A stretch of 64,000 nt of DNA from Ginglymostoma cirratum (Eukaryota): assembly GCA_024137785.1 (NCBI GenBank), contig JAHRHZ010000067.1:5130168-5194167 (forward strand), read 5' to 3'. Below the pieces are notes generated by a model. The model saw only the letters and a program-made list of their open reading frames with translations, did no database searches and was not told the origin of the DNA. A program made the translations under genes and the position numbers. Each line of letters opens with the position of its first letter. The stretch's first letter is position 1. Shown here piece by piece: positions 12,744 to 25,526 of this stretch.

Positions 12744-13489
12744 CCCTTTTCCCTTTTTGTTTTATTCAAGGGGGCATAGGAAATGAAGTGACACAAGCAA
12801 CAGCTGGGTAAAGGATTCAGAAGTGGAAGTTTAAAGTCCTGCCACTGATGAGGGATCACCATTAAAATGCGAATAGAGCTTAGACCTGGTGCAGCAGTGT
12901 GTTTGTGATGGTAGAGAGATCTTCAGTTTGGTGAAGAGGGAGTGGAGGTTTACTGGGTGGATGACTGCCTAATTTGGCGCATGTTGCTGGCAGTAGTATT
13001 TTACACAATTTTGGCTTTGTATAGACTTTAGAATGGTGCAAAAGAAGTTTATTACTGCATTTAAGAGGACAAAAGTGTTCCTCTGTAAATTAATTTTAGT
13101 TGTCTTAGCATGGCTTTTGATTGCAGCAAGTGACTAAGTTGCACAATGTTGCTACTGTTCATTTTATGAGCACGATGCTGTCGGTTTTGTGGTATCTTCC
13201 GAAGGTTGTACTGAGCGTTTGGGGTGCGGTTTCAGGCAAGTTATCCACTCTCTGGTACCTGATCCTAGTTGCCGTGTTTCATCAGAGCCTGGCTGGTTGG
13301 TATCAGCAGAGTGCATCACCATGCTAGAACCCAATAGCTTTGTACAATTGGGCACTTTCTAGCAAGTGTCAGTGGAAAACATCAGGTGCAGGAATCTTCT
13401 GATTCAGTCTCAATTTCTGTGGCGTTTCTGAATCTGACCATGTAGAGGATAAGCCACCTATTCCTTTCGAACTAAACAATTTGAGAGGA

Positions 13490-13810
13490 TGTGATCTATT
13501 AGTATTACAATTGTACTTTGAATCCAGATATCCAGGTAATGTTCTGTGGACCTGGGTTTGAATCCTGCCATCGCAAATGGTGGAATTTGAATTCGGTTAA
13601 AATCTAGAATTGAGAGTCTAATGATTATTAATCCATCGTCGATTGTTGAAACTGGTTCACTGATCTTTTTAGGGAGGGAAATTGCCTGGTCAGGCCTATG
13701 TGCGACTGCAGACCCACAGCAATGCTGTTGACTCCTAACTGCCCTCTGGCAATTAGGAATGGGCAATAAAGCTGTCCGAGCCGGTGATGTCCGCATGAAG
13801 TGAATGAAAT
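13490..13810 (+). mobile_element. Shark tRNA-derived SINE (LF-SINE-like core)
   Basis: B box gggtttgaatcc; body ggtggaatttgaattc...gacccacagcaatg...ctgccctctggcaattaggaatgggcaataaa; several copies in the window. Confidence 0.7.
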
Positions 13811-13954
13811 TTTTTTAAAATAGAGAGCTTTATTGTTCAGAATTCAGCACTAGCTGGAATTTTTGTCAGCTTGTTTCTTTTAAATGCCAGTAATTTTTCA
13901 CCTAGTTTTTTTTTTCAAGCAATGAATTATCCTAATAATAACCCATTCCCCATC

Positions 13955-14295
13955 AAGGGGGTGGTAACATAGTTCTAATCCCAGTGGACGAGTAATATAG
14001 AACTCCAGCCTGATGATATCTGGACTGAAATTGCAATCCCACTATGGCAGATTGGTGAAACTTAAGTTCAGTAGAAAACCTGGAATTAAAAAGCTAATCT
14101 AATGGCAACTACTAATCATTCCATCTGATTCACTAACATAATTAAGGAAAATCTGCCACCCTTACCTGGTCCGACCTTCATGTATCTCCAGGCCCACAAA
14201 AATGTGGCTGACTCTCAACTGCTGCCTGAGCAATGTGGGATGGGTGTTAAATGCTGGCCTAGCCAGTGATGCCCACATAAAATGAATAAATTAAA
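13955..14295 (+). mobile_element. Shark tRNA-derived SINE (same family as 13490)
   Basis: Colinear similarity to 13490-13810. Confidence 0.65.
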
Positions 14296-15404
14296 AGTTC
14301 TACTCTCAACTGCCAGAAGTTGTCAAACTTATAGATGGCAGTTATCTGCAATACTGTTTCCTCAGTGCCCCTTGCTAGATTCCCATGCTCTGCACCCTCA
14401 CTCCTTGCAAGATCTCAATGCCCATTTCTTTGAGTGATCTCTCAGGATTGGTTGAAAATGCACAAGGTTAGGTAACCATTTTTGATTAGCTGATGTCACA
14501 CTATTCCCTGTGCATTCTTGACAATAGTTTCCTCTACAAAAGTGCTGAAGTACCATGCGTGAATGAATTGTGTTGACCGACCATTCAGGTGGTTTGGATT
14601 GTTTAGTTCAGGATAATGCCTTCAGAAGAGTATTTAGTACCAACTCATTAATGCTTGTTATTTCTTTTAAAGTCAGGAATGAATGAGTTTTAATTTACAA
14701 TGTGCATCTTTTCAAAAATGATTGTAAAATTCAGTTTGTATAAACTAAATGTTGATGAGCATCTAATCTTTTGAAGAACGTTATGATGTTTAGTTATATG
14801 GGTGAACTTGCACAAATTTAAAGGCTTTTTAGCCTGCAGAGGCTTCCCCGTTCTGAAAGTACTGGGTTTCTGTTTGCTGGCTCTTAACATTCTAGTATTG
14901 TGTCCAAATCGTATTTCTTCATTATGCCTGTGGTGAATGACATTAAGCTGTTTAATCTGTGGGTTGTGGGAAGCATTGCAACATGGACTGAATATATCCT
15001 CGTGTTGCCCATAATTACAGTCATAGGTCTGATTTCTGTATGGTGGTGAGAAGTAGGATTTTTCTTCCTTTTATCTCTTATGTTCCCACCTCCTGGTGTA
15101 CAGGCGTATGTGTGAAATCTCTGAGCTAGAATTAAGGCCAGGGGCCAGATCTCTTTAGTTAAGTGGGTCTGCATATCAGACAATTAATTATGTGACTTCC
15201 AGAAATAAAATTAATTTTCTTTTGTGATCAACTGTGGGATATTGGTGCAGGAAGAATGGGACATTTCTTTTAAATGTTACTACCTCAGACATGTTAAGTA
15301 CTCCCAGATTAGTGTCATACAGCTAGATATTGAGTTAGCATTTTTGTTCCAGTGAGGTCATGCCTTCAAATACAAAAACGATCCCACTACACTCAAGCAG
15401 TCGA

Positions 15405-15805
15405 CTGGATGTCAGTTGTGACTCTGTTGGGAGCCTGCTCCAAGGCTTGAGCGCAAAAATCAAGACTGGCATGCTTGTGTTGGACTTCTGGGCAAGATGT
15501 TAAACTGTAGTTTGACTTCTCCCTTGTGTGGCCATGAAAGAGATTGTGGCCCTTCAGCATTTAAAAGAAGTGTAGAGGAGTTCTCTCCTCTGTCCTGGTC
15601 AAAATGTGTTCCTCAAACAGAATCGACAGGAAACAGTAACAGATTATCTGGTCGTTATTGCATTGCTGTGAGAATTTGTTGTGTGCTGCTTAGCTGCTGT
15701 GTTTCTGACTAGTGATACTGCACTTCAGAAAGTACATTATTGTCTGTAAAGTGTTTTGGACATCTGGTCATTACGAAAGGTGCTACATAAATACAAGTCT
15801 CTCAA
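15405..15805 (+). mobile_element. Deu-core/SacSINE1-like SINE
   Basis: aagatgttaaactg...gaggagttctctcctctgtcctggtc...cagattatctggtc...cacttcagaaagtac...aaaggtgctacataaatacaagtct tail. Confidence 0.6.
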
Positions 15806-17094
15806 ATAATGTATGAAGGGAAGAAGTGTTGGTACTTCGGTCAGCAGGATATGAAGAAGAGGGATTTTATACTGTACACCTTTTTTTTTTTGAAGTGGCT
15901 TGTAGCTTAGTACATAAGCAAATATGGGAGGCATTTCAGAAATACTGAGGTCATGTATAAACAATAATGAGAAATAACTCTTTAATCTGTTTGTTTTTTT
16001 AATTTGGTTGTTTGAGGGAGAAGTGTTAACTGGCCTAACTTTATGGCTTCAGATATTGTCAGGGTATCTTATTGCCTGTTAGAATAAGCATAGGAAAGCC
16101 TTCTTTAGTTTTACATTTTTATCTGAAAAACAACTTCAATAACACAGAATTCCTGAGTGCTGTACTACAGTGAAATTGTCAAAATGCATAAGCGGCAACA
16201 GTAACAGTTGTGTGTGTATTACATTCACACATGAGAACTGAACAGCTATTCATTGTAGAAGTAACTAGTTTGGTAATGTGATAGGTGCCTGTGCCTTTTC
16301 TTGTACCAAGATGCATCAACCAAACATCTGAGGGATTGTGATTGTCTCCCCTGATCTCAGTGTGGGCTGATCAGGAGAGATATTCCAGCTGGACTCATGA
16401 GGGAACAATTCGTCAGCCAGTCCTGGAAACAGCTTTGTGTAGCTGTTGGCGCAAGAGGTTTTGTCTCCACTCTGATTCCCTTCTGGCTTGGATGCCTTGC
16501 TCAGTGAGTGAAGAATGACCCATTTAAGCAAGGCATTGTAGCTATGGGACAGTACTGCAATAAAGTCAAACCTTCAGTGTAGCAGGGAAATGAAAGAAAT
16601 AGCATAACTAGTATATTGTGAAGAAGAATCACTGGACTCTGCATTAACTGTTTCCTCTCCATGGACACTGTCAGATCCACTAAGTTTCTCCAGCAATTTT
16701 TGTTTCATGTACTGTTGTTGTAGTTTAGCCTTTGGAGATAAAAACCTGTGCGTTATTCTCATAATTTAATCTGAACACTTCAACTTAATATTTTAAGATG
16801 CTTTTGTGACCATTGTTTGAACGTTCCACATTCTTAAATACTAATTCTGAGTCGCAATACTTGAAGTTTGAGACAGAATTCGTATGAGTTTTCTTCAACA
16901 TGCCTGACATTTTGTGTTTACATTTGCTGTGGAATTGACTTGATTGCTGTGGAAAGCAGTACACAGTAGTGTTATTTTGGGCATCGCAAGTTATCAGGAT
17001 GCACTCAAACAATTAGTTTGTATACATTAGTTGACAGGTTTGTTGACCTGAAGCGCACAAAAACAGAAATTGCTGGAGAAACTCAGCAAGACCG

Positions 17095-17830
17095 TTGCTA
17101 TTCACCTTATCCTTGCCCCTCATGATTTTATAAACCTCTATAAGGCCACCCCTCAACCTCCTACACTTTAGTGAAAAAAAGTCCCAGCCTCTCCTTATAA
17201 CTCAAACCTTTCAGTCCCAGTAATACCCTTGTCAATCTTTTCTGCACCCTGTCTAATTTAATAATCTTTCCTATAGCAGGGCAACCAGAACTACGCACAG
17301 TACTCTAAAAGTGGCCTCACAAACATCCTGTGTGAATGCAACATAACATTCTAACTCCTGTTCTCAGTGGTCTGAGCAATGACAGCAAGCATGCCAAGTG
17401 CCACCTCAACCACAGTGTCTATCTGTGATACAACCTTCAATGAACTATGGATTCTGAACCCCTAGGTTCTGTTCTACAACACTCCCCAGACCCCTACCAT
17501 TAACCGTGTAAACCCTGCCCTTGTTTGTAATACCAAAATGCAACACCTCACATTTATCTAAATTAAACTCCATCTGTCACACCCTAGCCCAATTGATCAA
17601 GGTCCCTTTGTAATCCTAGATAACTTTCCTTACTGCTTTCTATTTTGGTGTCATCCACAAACTTTCAAATTATGCTTCCTTCTCTCATTTATATAAATGA
17701 CAAACAACAGTGGATCTAGCACCAATCCCTGCGGACCGATGCTGGTCACAGGCCTACAGTCTGATAAACAGCCCTCCACCACCACACTCTGTCTCCTACA
17801 GTCAAGCCAATTTTGTATCCAATTGGCAAC
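17095..17830 (-). mobile_element. CR1/HER1 LINE ORF2 3' fragment
   Basis: Antisense translation WIQNWLDCRRQSVVVEG...GPQGLVLDPLLFVIYIN; flanked by the two halves of a pLTR-type repeat. Confidence 0.85.
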
Positions 17831-19089
17831 AGAAAGTTCTGTTTGTGCTGTATAACTGTGACCTGGTCTGGCAGCATCTGTGAAGAGGAAAGAGTCCAGC
17901 AATCCTTCAAAACTGACAGCAGCTAGGAAAAGCTGGTATTTATACTGATGGTGGAGTGAGGGAGGAGGGGTGTGGAGTGAACAGGTAGCTGGAGATGGAT
18001 CCTCGAGGAGGAAAAGAATCAAAGTTATGTGGAAAGAGGATTGTTGATAAACTAGAGAAGTTGGTTAAGTGACTGTATATGTTAGAATTTATTTGATTTA
18101 TCTGTGAAGGAAATCCACCTGAGATTTTTCCTTGATTGGCATTGTTGATATTAATTTTATTAGTGTTCCGTTTGTACAGTTTTAACACTTCTGAATTCTG
18201 TAGCCTAGCCCTAGCATAAGTTTGCTCTACCATGTTTACTGTTTGTTCTTGTGCTCTGTTCAATTAACCATCCTGTGAGATTATTTTTATTCACTGGATT
18301 TTCTAGGGAAGATCAAACATGCTTGGATAGCTGAACCTCCTATGTTAAACAGGTGAATGAGCAGCATTTTGATTACAGAAGTGCGCCCTGTGCAAAAATC
18401 CACACACTCTTAGCAACTCTAGTAAACTGGAAACTACTGGTCTCCAACGCAAACAAAAATTTCTTTAAATGGATATCCTCGTGTTATGTCAGAATTCCAA
18501 CTTCTTATTGTTGGCCTTATATGCACTGGCTGTTTGCCCTGTTAATACACTTCCGTTGTGACACATTCACTGACTTGCCGAAACTTGCAGCACTGCCAGT
18601 TTTCCATGTGTGCAGATTGTTGGAAAAACTCTCACGTTCTCTTTACTCCTCCTGCTGCTGTTGTTGTGTAAAATAGTGGGTTATCACATTCAAAGCTCTT
18701 GCACACGGGTTAAAACCATGTCATGACGTAAATGCAGGCAAATGATGTCAATAGGTTACTTCCCTGAATCCCAGGCTTGGGCAGTGTTGTAATGTAGCAC
18801 TGTAAATTGCTTAGAATATCTTGGCACAAGTCAGAAAACTGCATTCCTCACTTGTAATTACTAGACATTAATCTGTACAAACAGCTGTTATTTTTCATAA
18901 TAGTGATGGCAGCACGACCTTAATTATGTTGTGATCAAACAAGATGCTTTAAACAAAAACAAAAATTGCTGGAGCAACTTGGCAGATCTATGGAGAGAAA
19001 GCAGAGTTTGGGTCTACTGACCCTTCTTCAGAACTTTAAAGATGTAGCATTTTCATGATCAAACTTTAAGCATCCGCAGGTCTTTTCTC

Positions 19090-20410
19090 TATATAGGGGA
19101 ACCAAGTAGATGTGTTGTATTTGGACTTCCTCAAGATATTTGACGAATATCACAAAAGTTCATTCATAAGACAAGAGCCTGCGGTGTTGCCGTAGTATAT
19201 TGGCATGGACAGAGAATTGGTTTATGGGCAGGAAACAGCAAGTGAGTTAAAGGGTTTTTTTTAAGGTTGGTGACCTGTGAACAATGAGGTTCCACAGGAA
19301 TCAGTGCTTGGATTGCAATGGTTTACAACACATTAATGACTTGGAGGAAGGAAATGAATGTACTGTAGCCTAATTTGTGCGCGACATTAAAATAGGTGGA
19401 AAGGCAGGTTGGAGACGAATACCAGCAGTTTGCAGAGATATTGATAGGTTAAGTGGGCAAAATGTTAACAAGTGGAGTATAATATGGGAAAATGTGAAGT
19501 TCTTCATTATAGAAGGGAGAACAAAAAAAAATTATCTAAATGGCAGGGGGAAGAAACTGGAAAGCTGCAACACAAAGGATGGTGGGGTACTCGTACATGA
19601 AATATAGAAAGCTAGGTGCAGCAAGTAATGAGAAGGCAAATGGAATGTTGGCCTTATTTAAAGGAGGTTGGAGTACAAGCATTGGAAAGTCTTATTGCCA
19701 ACTATACAAGGTGCTGGTGAGACCACATATGGAGTACAATGACCAGTTGTTTTTCTTGCAGTGGTCTCCTTATTTAAGGAAAAATATCAGAGAAGGTTCA
19801 TTGGCATGATGCCTGGTATGGAGGGGTTGTCTTCTGAGCAAAGGCTAAACAGGTTGGGACTGTAATCACGAGTTCTGAAGACAGGTGATCTCCTAGGATA
19901 TATAATAACATGTAGGTTTCTTAAGGCACTTGACAGAGTAAATGCTGAGATGATATTTCCCCTCCGGGGAAAGTCTAGGACCAGAGGGCATTATCTCAGA
20001 ATAAAGGAATGCTGATTTGAGTGTTGAGAGTCTTGGAACTCCTTGCCCCAGAGAGCTGTGGAGGCACAGTCTTTGTGTGTATTTGAAGTTGAAATAACTT
20101 CTTAATCAGTCAGGGACCCAAGGGTAACAAGGTGTAGAGCTGATGAACACAGCAGGCCAAGCAGCACCAGAGGAGCAGGAAGGCTGACGTTTCGGGCCCA
20201 GACCCTTCAGAAATTTCTGATGCTGCTTGGCCTGCTGTGTTCATCCAACTCTACACCTTGTTGTCTCATTCTCCAGCATCTGCAGTTCCTACTATCTCAG
20301 GGACCCAAGGGTTATATGTAAAGCATTGGAATGTGGACATAAAGAATGTCGGATCAGCCATGTTTCTATTGAACAGCCTACTCCTGTTCCAATTTCTTAG
20401 TCTATGATTT
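19090..20410 (+). mobile_element. CR1/HER1 LINE ORF2 3' fragment (degenerate RT)
   Basis: VDVLYLDF, VPQESVLG and LYKVLVRPHMEY motifs, CR1 3' tail; interrupted at 20126-20296. Confidence 0.85.
20126..20296. mobile_element. Palindromic Penelope pLTR-derived insertion with 16-bp target-site duplication
   Basis: TCAGGGACCCAAGGGT at 20110-20125 and 20297-20312; internal inverted arms. Confidence 0.8.
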
Positions 20411-20649
20411 TATGGTCTGCCTCCTAGCTCTCTCTCAAGATGATAAGTTTCCTGGGTATGTTTCCTCAAGTGCTGGCAACGAGCTGTACCTCGTTTGAAT
20501 ACTTCTACCCCTCCGATCAGCCTAGATAACGAATGTGAGCCAAGCAGTTTGTGGAGGCCACATACAACACTAGTGTGTGAAATCATATGAAAAAGGAGAA
20601 GGAACAGACCGTAAAATTCCTTGAGTTTGCTCTGCTGTTGATTTAAGGT

Positions 20650-20945
20650 CATGGTTGATCTGATTGTGATCTTCACTCTGTATTCCTGTCACAGCCCTCT
20701 CCCTAACCCTTGTAAGTCAGATAGATGTCTAAACACAAGTTTGAATATATAAAATGAACTGGCCTCCTCTCTGTTTAGGAAAGAGAATTCCAAACACTGA
20801 TGCCTCTGAATGAAGAAATTCCTCCTCTTAACTTCTGCAAATTGGAGATGCCTCATTTATAAACTATGCCCCCTAGTTCTAGATTTCTGCCACAAGGGGA
20901 AATAATCCCTCAGAATTTGTCATGACAAATCCTTCAATCTTATTC
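20650..20945 (-). mobile_element. CR1-type LINE 3' fragment
   Basis: gatctgattgtgatcttcactct...ggaaagagaattccaaac...gaagaaattcctcctc...tgccccctagttctaga. Confidence 0.6.
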
Positions 20946-22439
20946 TGTTCTTGTATACCATATGCACCTTGTATCATCATAATAATGAGTTATGTTCCTG
21001 GCCCCTGACAAATCTTCTCTAACCCAATTGTACTGAAAACATTGTAGCACCATAACAGGGACATAACAAAGTACCTACTGATAAAAGTGTCAATCTTATT
21101 GAGTAACATTCTCATTTTCTGTAAAAAGAGAGCTTGTTGTTGTAAGAGTCTATTACACTGCAGGAGCAGAACTTGTATGAAAGGGCAATTAAGGATTGCT
21201 AATAAATGTTCACCTTGTCAGCATCCCTCACATATCACGAACAATTGTTTAAAAACACCTGCAACACTGCCCATTTTCAATCATTAATAAAGAAATGTTA
21301 TTTGATTGCTTATACTTTGAAATGAATTTGGTTGCAGCTAATGTACAAAAACCCACATTCATTCTGATTGTTCTTTGACGAAGTTCAATGATTGCAAGTC
21401 ACTTCAGCTGCTCAAAAGGTTAATGTTGGATCCCACAGCAGAAAATAGTCGTCGCAGTTGGGAAGTAAATACATTGACGCAAATTTTTATGGTGCAAGTC
21501 CCTCCGTTGGCTGCAGTCTACTTTCATCATCTTTTTGCCTTTCTGCCTGCAATGGTATGTGATGCTGGTTATGCAATAGTTTGACATGGCTGATGATTCT
21601 ATAAGAACAACCAACACCTATTTTTATGTTATCAGCTCCCAACATACACACCTTGTCGTAAACTACAAATAGCAATTTTCTGGCCTCCAAAAAAATTCAG
21701 CATACAGATCTACAATGGTACATTGTGATGGGAGTGACCCCGACACTCGTCGACATCAGTTTTGATGCTGTGAAGTTCAATGGCTTTAGTTGTCAAGATT
21801 AAGGAAGTGTCATGATGTATCCCCCTCCAGTCCACTTCCAACTAATCAATCTGTCCTCTTCTGTGATGAAAATTATTTTCTAGAATCTTTGAGCAAAGCA
21901 AGAGTAGAAACTGTACTGTAGCGGGAGACTTCAGTGTTTACCACATGAAATGGGTTTGCAACACGACTGTTAACAGGGTTGTGAAGGACATTGCTGCCAG
22001 TTTGATCCAGGGCCAGCCCTAAAGGAACCAACGTGAAGTAGCAAGTTGCTTTATTCTTCACTATTAAAGACTCATATCTCCACATTAATATAGTAAAAGT
22101 GACCGCCGCACAGTTGTTGAGGACAAACTCTCATTTTCACTGTTAGAGCACGCTCTATTGTATATTGTGCCACCAAATGATTATTTTAAACTCTACCACA
22201 GCTCTGTTGCAGCCTCCAAGTACCCATACTTGGTGTATTCTATTGATAATTCACATTATAAAACCAATTATCAGAAATGGTGAATATGCTCTGTAACAGA
22301 ACCTCCTACTCTCACAGTCAATTAGAAAAAGCTATTTTTAAACTTGTTCATCCTTCAAGGTGAAAATGCCCATGTACCTCAGCTGGGGTGTTTGGTGGGG
22401 TCTGATGGATGCATAAATGTCAACTAAGATCAATCTGTA

Positions 22440-22735
22440 CTCTGAATAGGGCATAGACTCAGAATTAGGGGTACCAGTTTAAGATTGAGGTGGGAAGGAA
22501 TTTCCTTGAAGGGCTGAATGCCTTTGGAATGCTTTGCCACAAAGAGCTGTGGGGGCAGAGTCCTTATGTATATTTAAGGCTGAGACCGATTCTTGATCAG
22601 TCAGGGAATTGAGAGTTAAGGAAAAAGGTCAGAAGAGTGACGTGAGGAATGTCAGATCAGCCATGATATATTGAATGGTGGGGCAGGTCAAGGGGATGAA
22701 TGGTCTACTCCTGTTCTAATTACCTGTTGGCTTAT
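22440..22735 (+). mobile_element. CR1-type LINE 3' end
   Basis: Similar to 19980-20400. Confidence 0.65.
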
Positions 22736-23353
22736 GGAAGGTTCTATTCCATTTTTAAACCACTGAAGTTAGAAAATATAGTTTTGTACTATAACTCCCA
22801 AGCCATAAAATACAAATAATTGAAACTGTGAACCCATCTGTTGATTTCAATAGATAGAAAAGATTTTGAGAGAATGAAATTCGGTATCCTGGCCAACATT
22901 CATTCCTCGACCACCTGCAGATGAACTTGTTTTAGTTTATTTCCTTGTTTGCAAACTTGCTGTGGGCAAATTGGTTCCATCGGTTCCCTCCAAAGTAGTG
23001 ATGATACTCCAAAAGAACTCCTTTGATAGGCTATGTTTAATACAGCCTGAAGAGACAAGACATTACATTAGGAATTGAATAAACTTGTATCAGTGTATGT
23101 CAAAACTGATGGTGTTCCATTGAGCTTTTATCAATAATTACACGTTTTGGTCTCTCAAATTGATGGAAACAGTTACTTTCCTTCATGAAATCTTCTGAAA
23201 ATACTGGTGAGGAATTAAAGTGGCAAAAATTTGAAACCTTTGAAATTGTCAAACCAACATAAGATTATCAGTCTCTCAGCATGGGAAGTAATTGAGTTTT
23301 CACGTATAGTGAAGATTTATTATGACGTTTGGCTAATTTTCACTCTTTTATAG

Positions 23354-24027
23354 GCAGCTGATATCTCTCAGCAGCAGCACCAGCAGCATGTGCAGAATAC
23401 CCTTCTGCCGATATTGCATTCAGCAACTGAGCCACGTGAGCAAGCACCTATAACAACTCTGCCTCAGGCTCAGAAAACCCCAAACCCCAAAGAAATACCC
23501 AAACCTACAGTAGAGAAGAAGGAGAAGACCAGAACACCCGTGATTTGCAGTTACTGCAGCAAGGCTTTCAGAGACAGTTATCACCTCCGGCGACACGAAT
23601 CATGCCACACTGGAATCAAATTGGTGTCACGGCCCAAGAAAGTGCCGACCGTGGTGTCGCTGATGTCATCGACACCTGGTGTTGGTGCCACTACAACATT
23701 GGTGTCAACTGTCGCAGGGATGCTGACTTCAACTGATGCTTCCACCTCCACCGTCACCAGCAGCACCACTACGGCTGTCACGGCCAGCAAGAACGCCAAT
23801 AGACGAGTGAAGAAGAATCACGGCTGCGAACTGTGCGGAAAAGCATTTCGTGATGTTTACCACCTCAACCGGCACAAACTTTCCCACTCGGATGAGAAGC
23901 CATTTGAGTGTCCCGTTTGCCAACAACGCTTCAAGAGGAAGGACCGCATGAGTTATCATGTGCGCTCACATGAAGGGGGCATCAACAAACCATATATCTG
24001 CAGCCTTTGTGGAAAAGGATTCTCCAG
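23354..24027 (+). CDS. VEZF1: VEZF1-like coding exon 2 (Q/H-rich segment, ZF1-3, start of ZF4)
   Basis: AG acceptor 23352-53; AADISQQQHQQHVQNTLLP...CSYCSKAFRDSYHLRRHESCHTGIKLVSRPKK...KKNHGCELCGKAFRDVYHLNRHKLSHSDEKPFECPVC, essentially the VEZF1 sequence; donor AG|GTAAAT, phase 2. Confidence 0.95.
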
Positions 24028-25462
24028 GTAAATTTTAAACAGGGTTTGGAAAATGATGGGAAGGTGTAAGTAGCAAAGGGAGGAAATTTGTGAGGATATT
24101 AGAATAAGGGAAGAAAACGATCCTTAAGTTGATCGTTTTGCTTTAAGGAAGTTGTCCTATGTGGTGCTGTTGTTGACAATATTCTAGTATGTATTCACAA
24201 TGTAAGCCAAACAGAAATTGACTCCTTCATTCGTTCAATTGCTCACTTTGTTTTGAAAATTGTGCTTTTTGCTCTTCGTTTTGTTTTTAATTGGTATTGC
24301 AAGCACTGTGAAGAAAGTATTTTGACTGTAAGCTTAGGAAGTTTGACATGTAATTAACTGCTAACAGCATAATTTCTCAAGTTATCAATGAATGTCAGCT
24401 AAAAATTTAGACATTACAGTAAACAGATTTTCAGAATCAAATCCTGATTGCTTGTTACTTTGACGCAAGTGTATCCAGCTAATGCAGAAATAAATGACTT
24501 GAATTAAAAAGCAACATTGCTTTTACTGCGGTGTTTGAAAGCAAGAATAGTGACTATGCATTCACTTTGTGTGCAGTCAAATTGTAGTCTTACTGCCATC
24601 ACTTAATCCCGCTGTTTTATTCAATTTGTAGCTACTCTTGATTGTAACTTCAGAGGATTGCTTTTGCTCCGAGGTTGTTCAGTGTAGATTTTCTTTTTGT
24701 ATACAGACCATACCTCAGTTGAATTTGAGAATAACAGCTGATTACTGGACTGCTCTTGTCTCTGCAAGAAATTTTGTGCCTCTGGCTGCAAATTAAATGC
24801 ATAGTTCAGGGTAATGTTCCTGCTGTGTTTCTGGAGTCAGAACAGGAACTGACTACCCATGCAGGTTGGAGGGTGTTGTCCAAGCTACAGCTCTAGGGTC
24901 CCTTGGAGCCCAAGGTTTGATCCCTGGCTGTTCAAACCTCCATTCTGTATTGCTTGCACCTATGTTTCTTGCATTTCCTTGTACCCATTTGAATTTCCAC
25001 AATGGCTGTTTTCATTGGGTCACATTTAATAAGAGTCTACTTGTCTCAGTAAGTTGAGGTATGTGCAAATTGATAGGAACATAATTGTAAACTTGATAAG
25101 GTTACCAAGGATTCGTGGAATGTGGTCAATAGCATTTTGACAATTGGGCAGCATTGGCTTTCAACCTTCGCCTGTTTCGGCATTTATCGGAATTTCTGAG
25201 CAATAATCTGAAGCTGAATCCTTGATTGATGTTCCTCCCTGTTCCAGAGAAATGGAGGCCATTTTTAGCAACTCCATACTGCTGTTTTGACTGAAATCAG
25301 CTAACAGCACAGGCTGATGTTTTGGAACTTTCTGGCTACTGGCCCACATTGTCCTTCCTGATTCATATACTTACGGAGCCAGCAAGGAGTTATTTTATTA
25401 ACAATAAAATGAAAATATTTCTTCTGTTTCAAGCTAACCCATGACCTTTCTTTCCGCTCCAG

Positions 25463-25526
25463 GCCTGATCATCTGAGCTGTCATGTCAAGCATGTTCATT
25501 CCACAGAGAGACCCTTCAAATGCCAA
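25463..25526 (+). CDS. VEZF1: VEZF1-like coding exon 3 (RPDHLSCHVKHVHSTERPFKCQ)
   Basis: 64-nt exon, polypyrimidine/AG acceptor, GTAACT donor; peptide matches VEZF1 ZF4 as I recall it. Confidence 0.95.

Noticed and set aside
21300-22200. Possible old antisense LINE (RTE/Vingi-like) remnant
   Set aside because: Too degenerate; I could not read a convincing RT motif.
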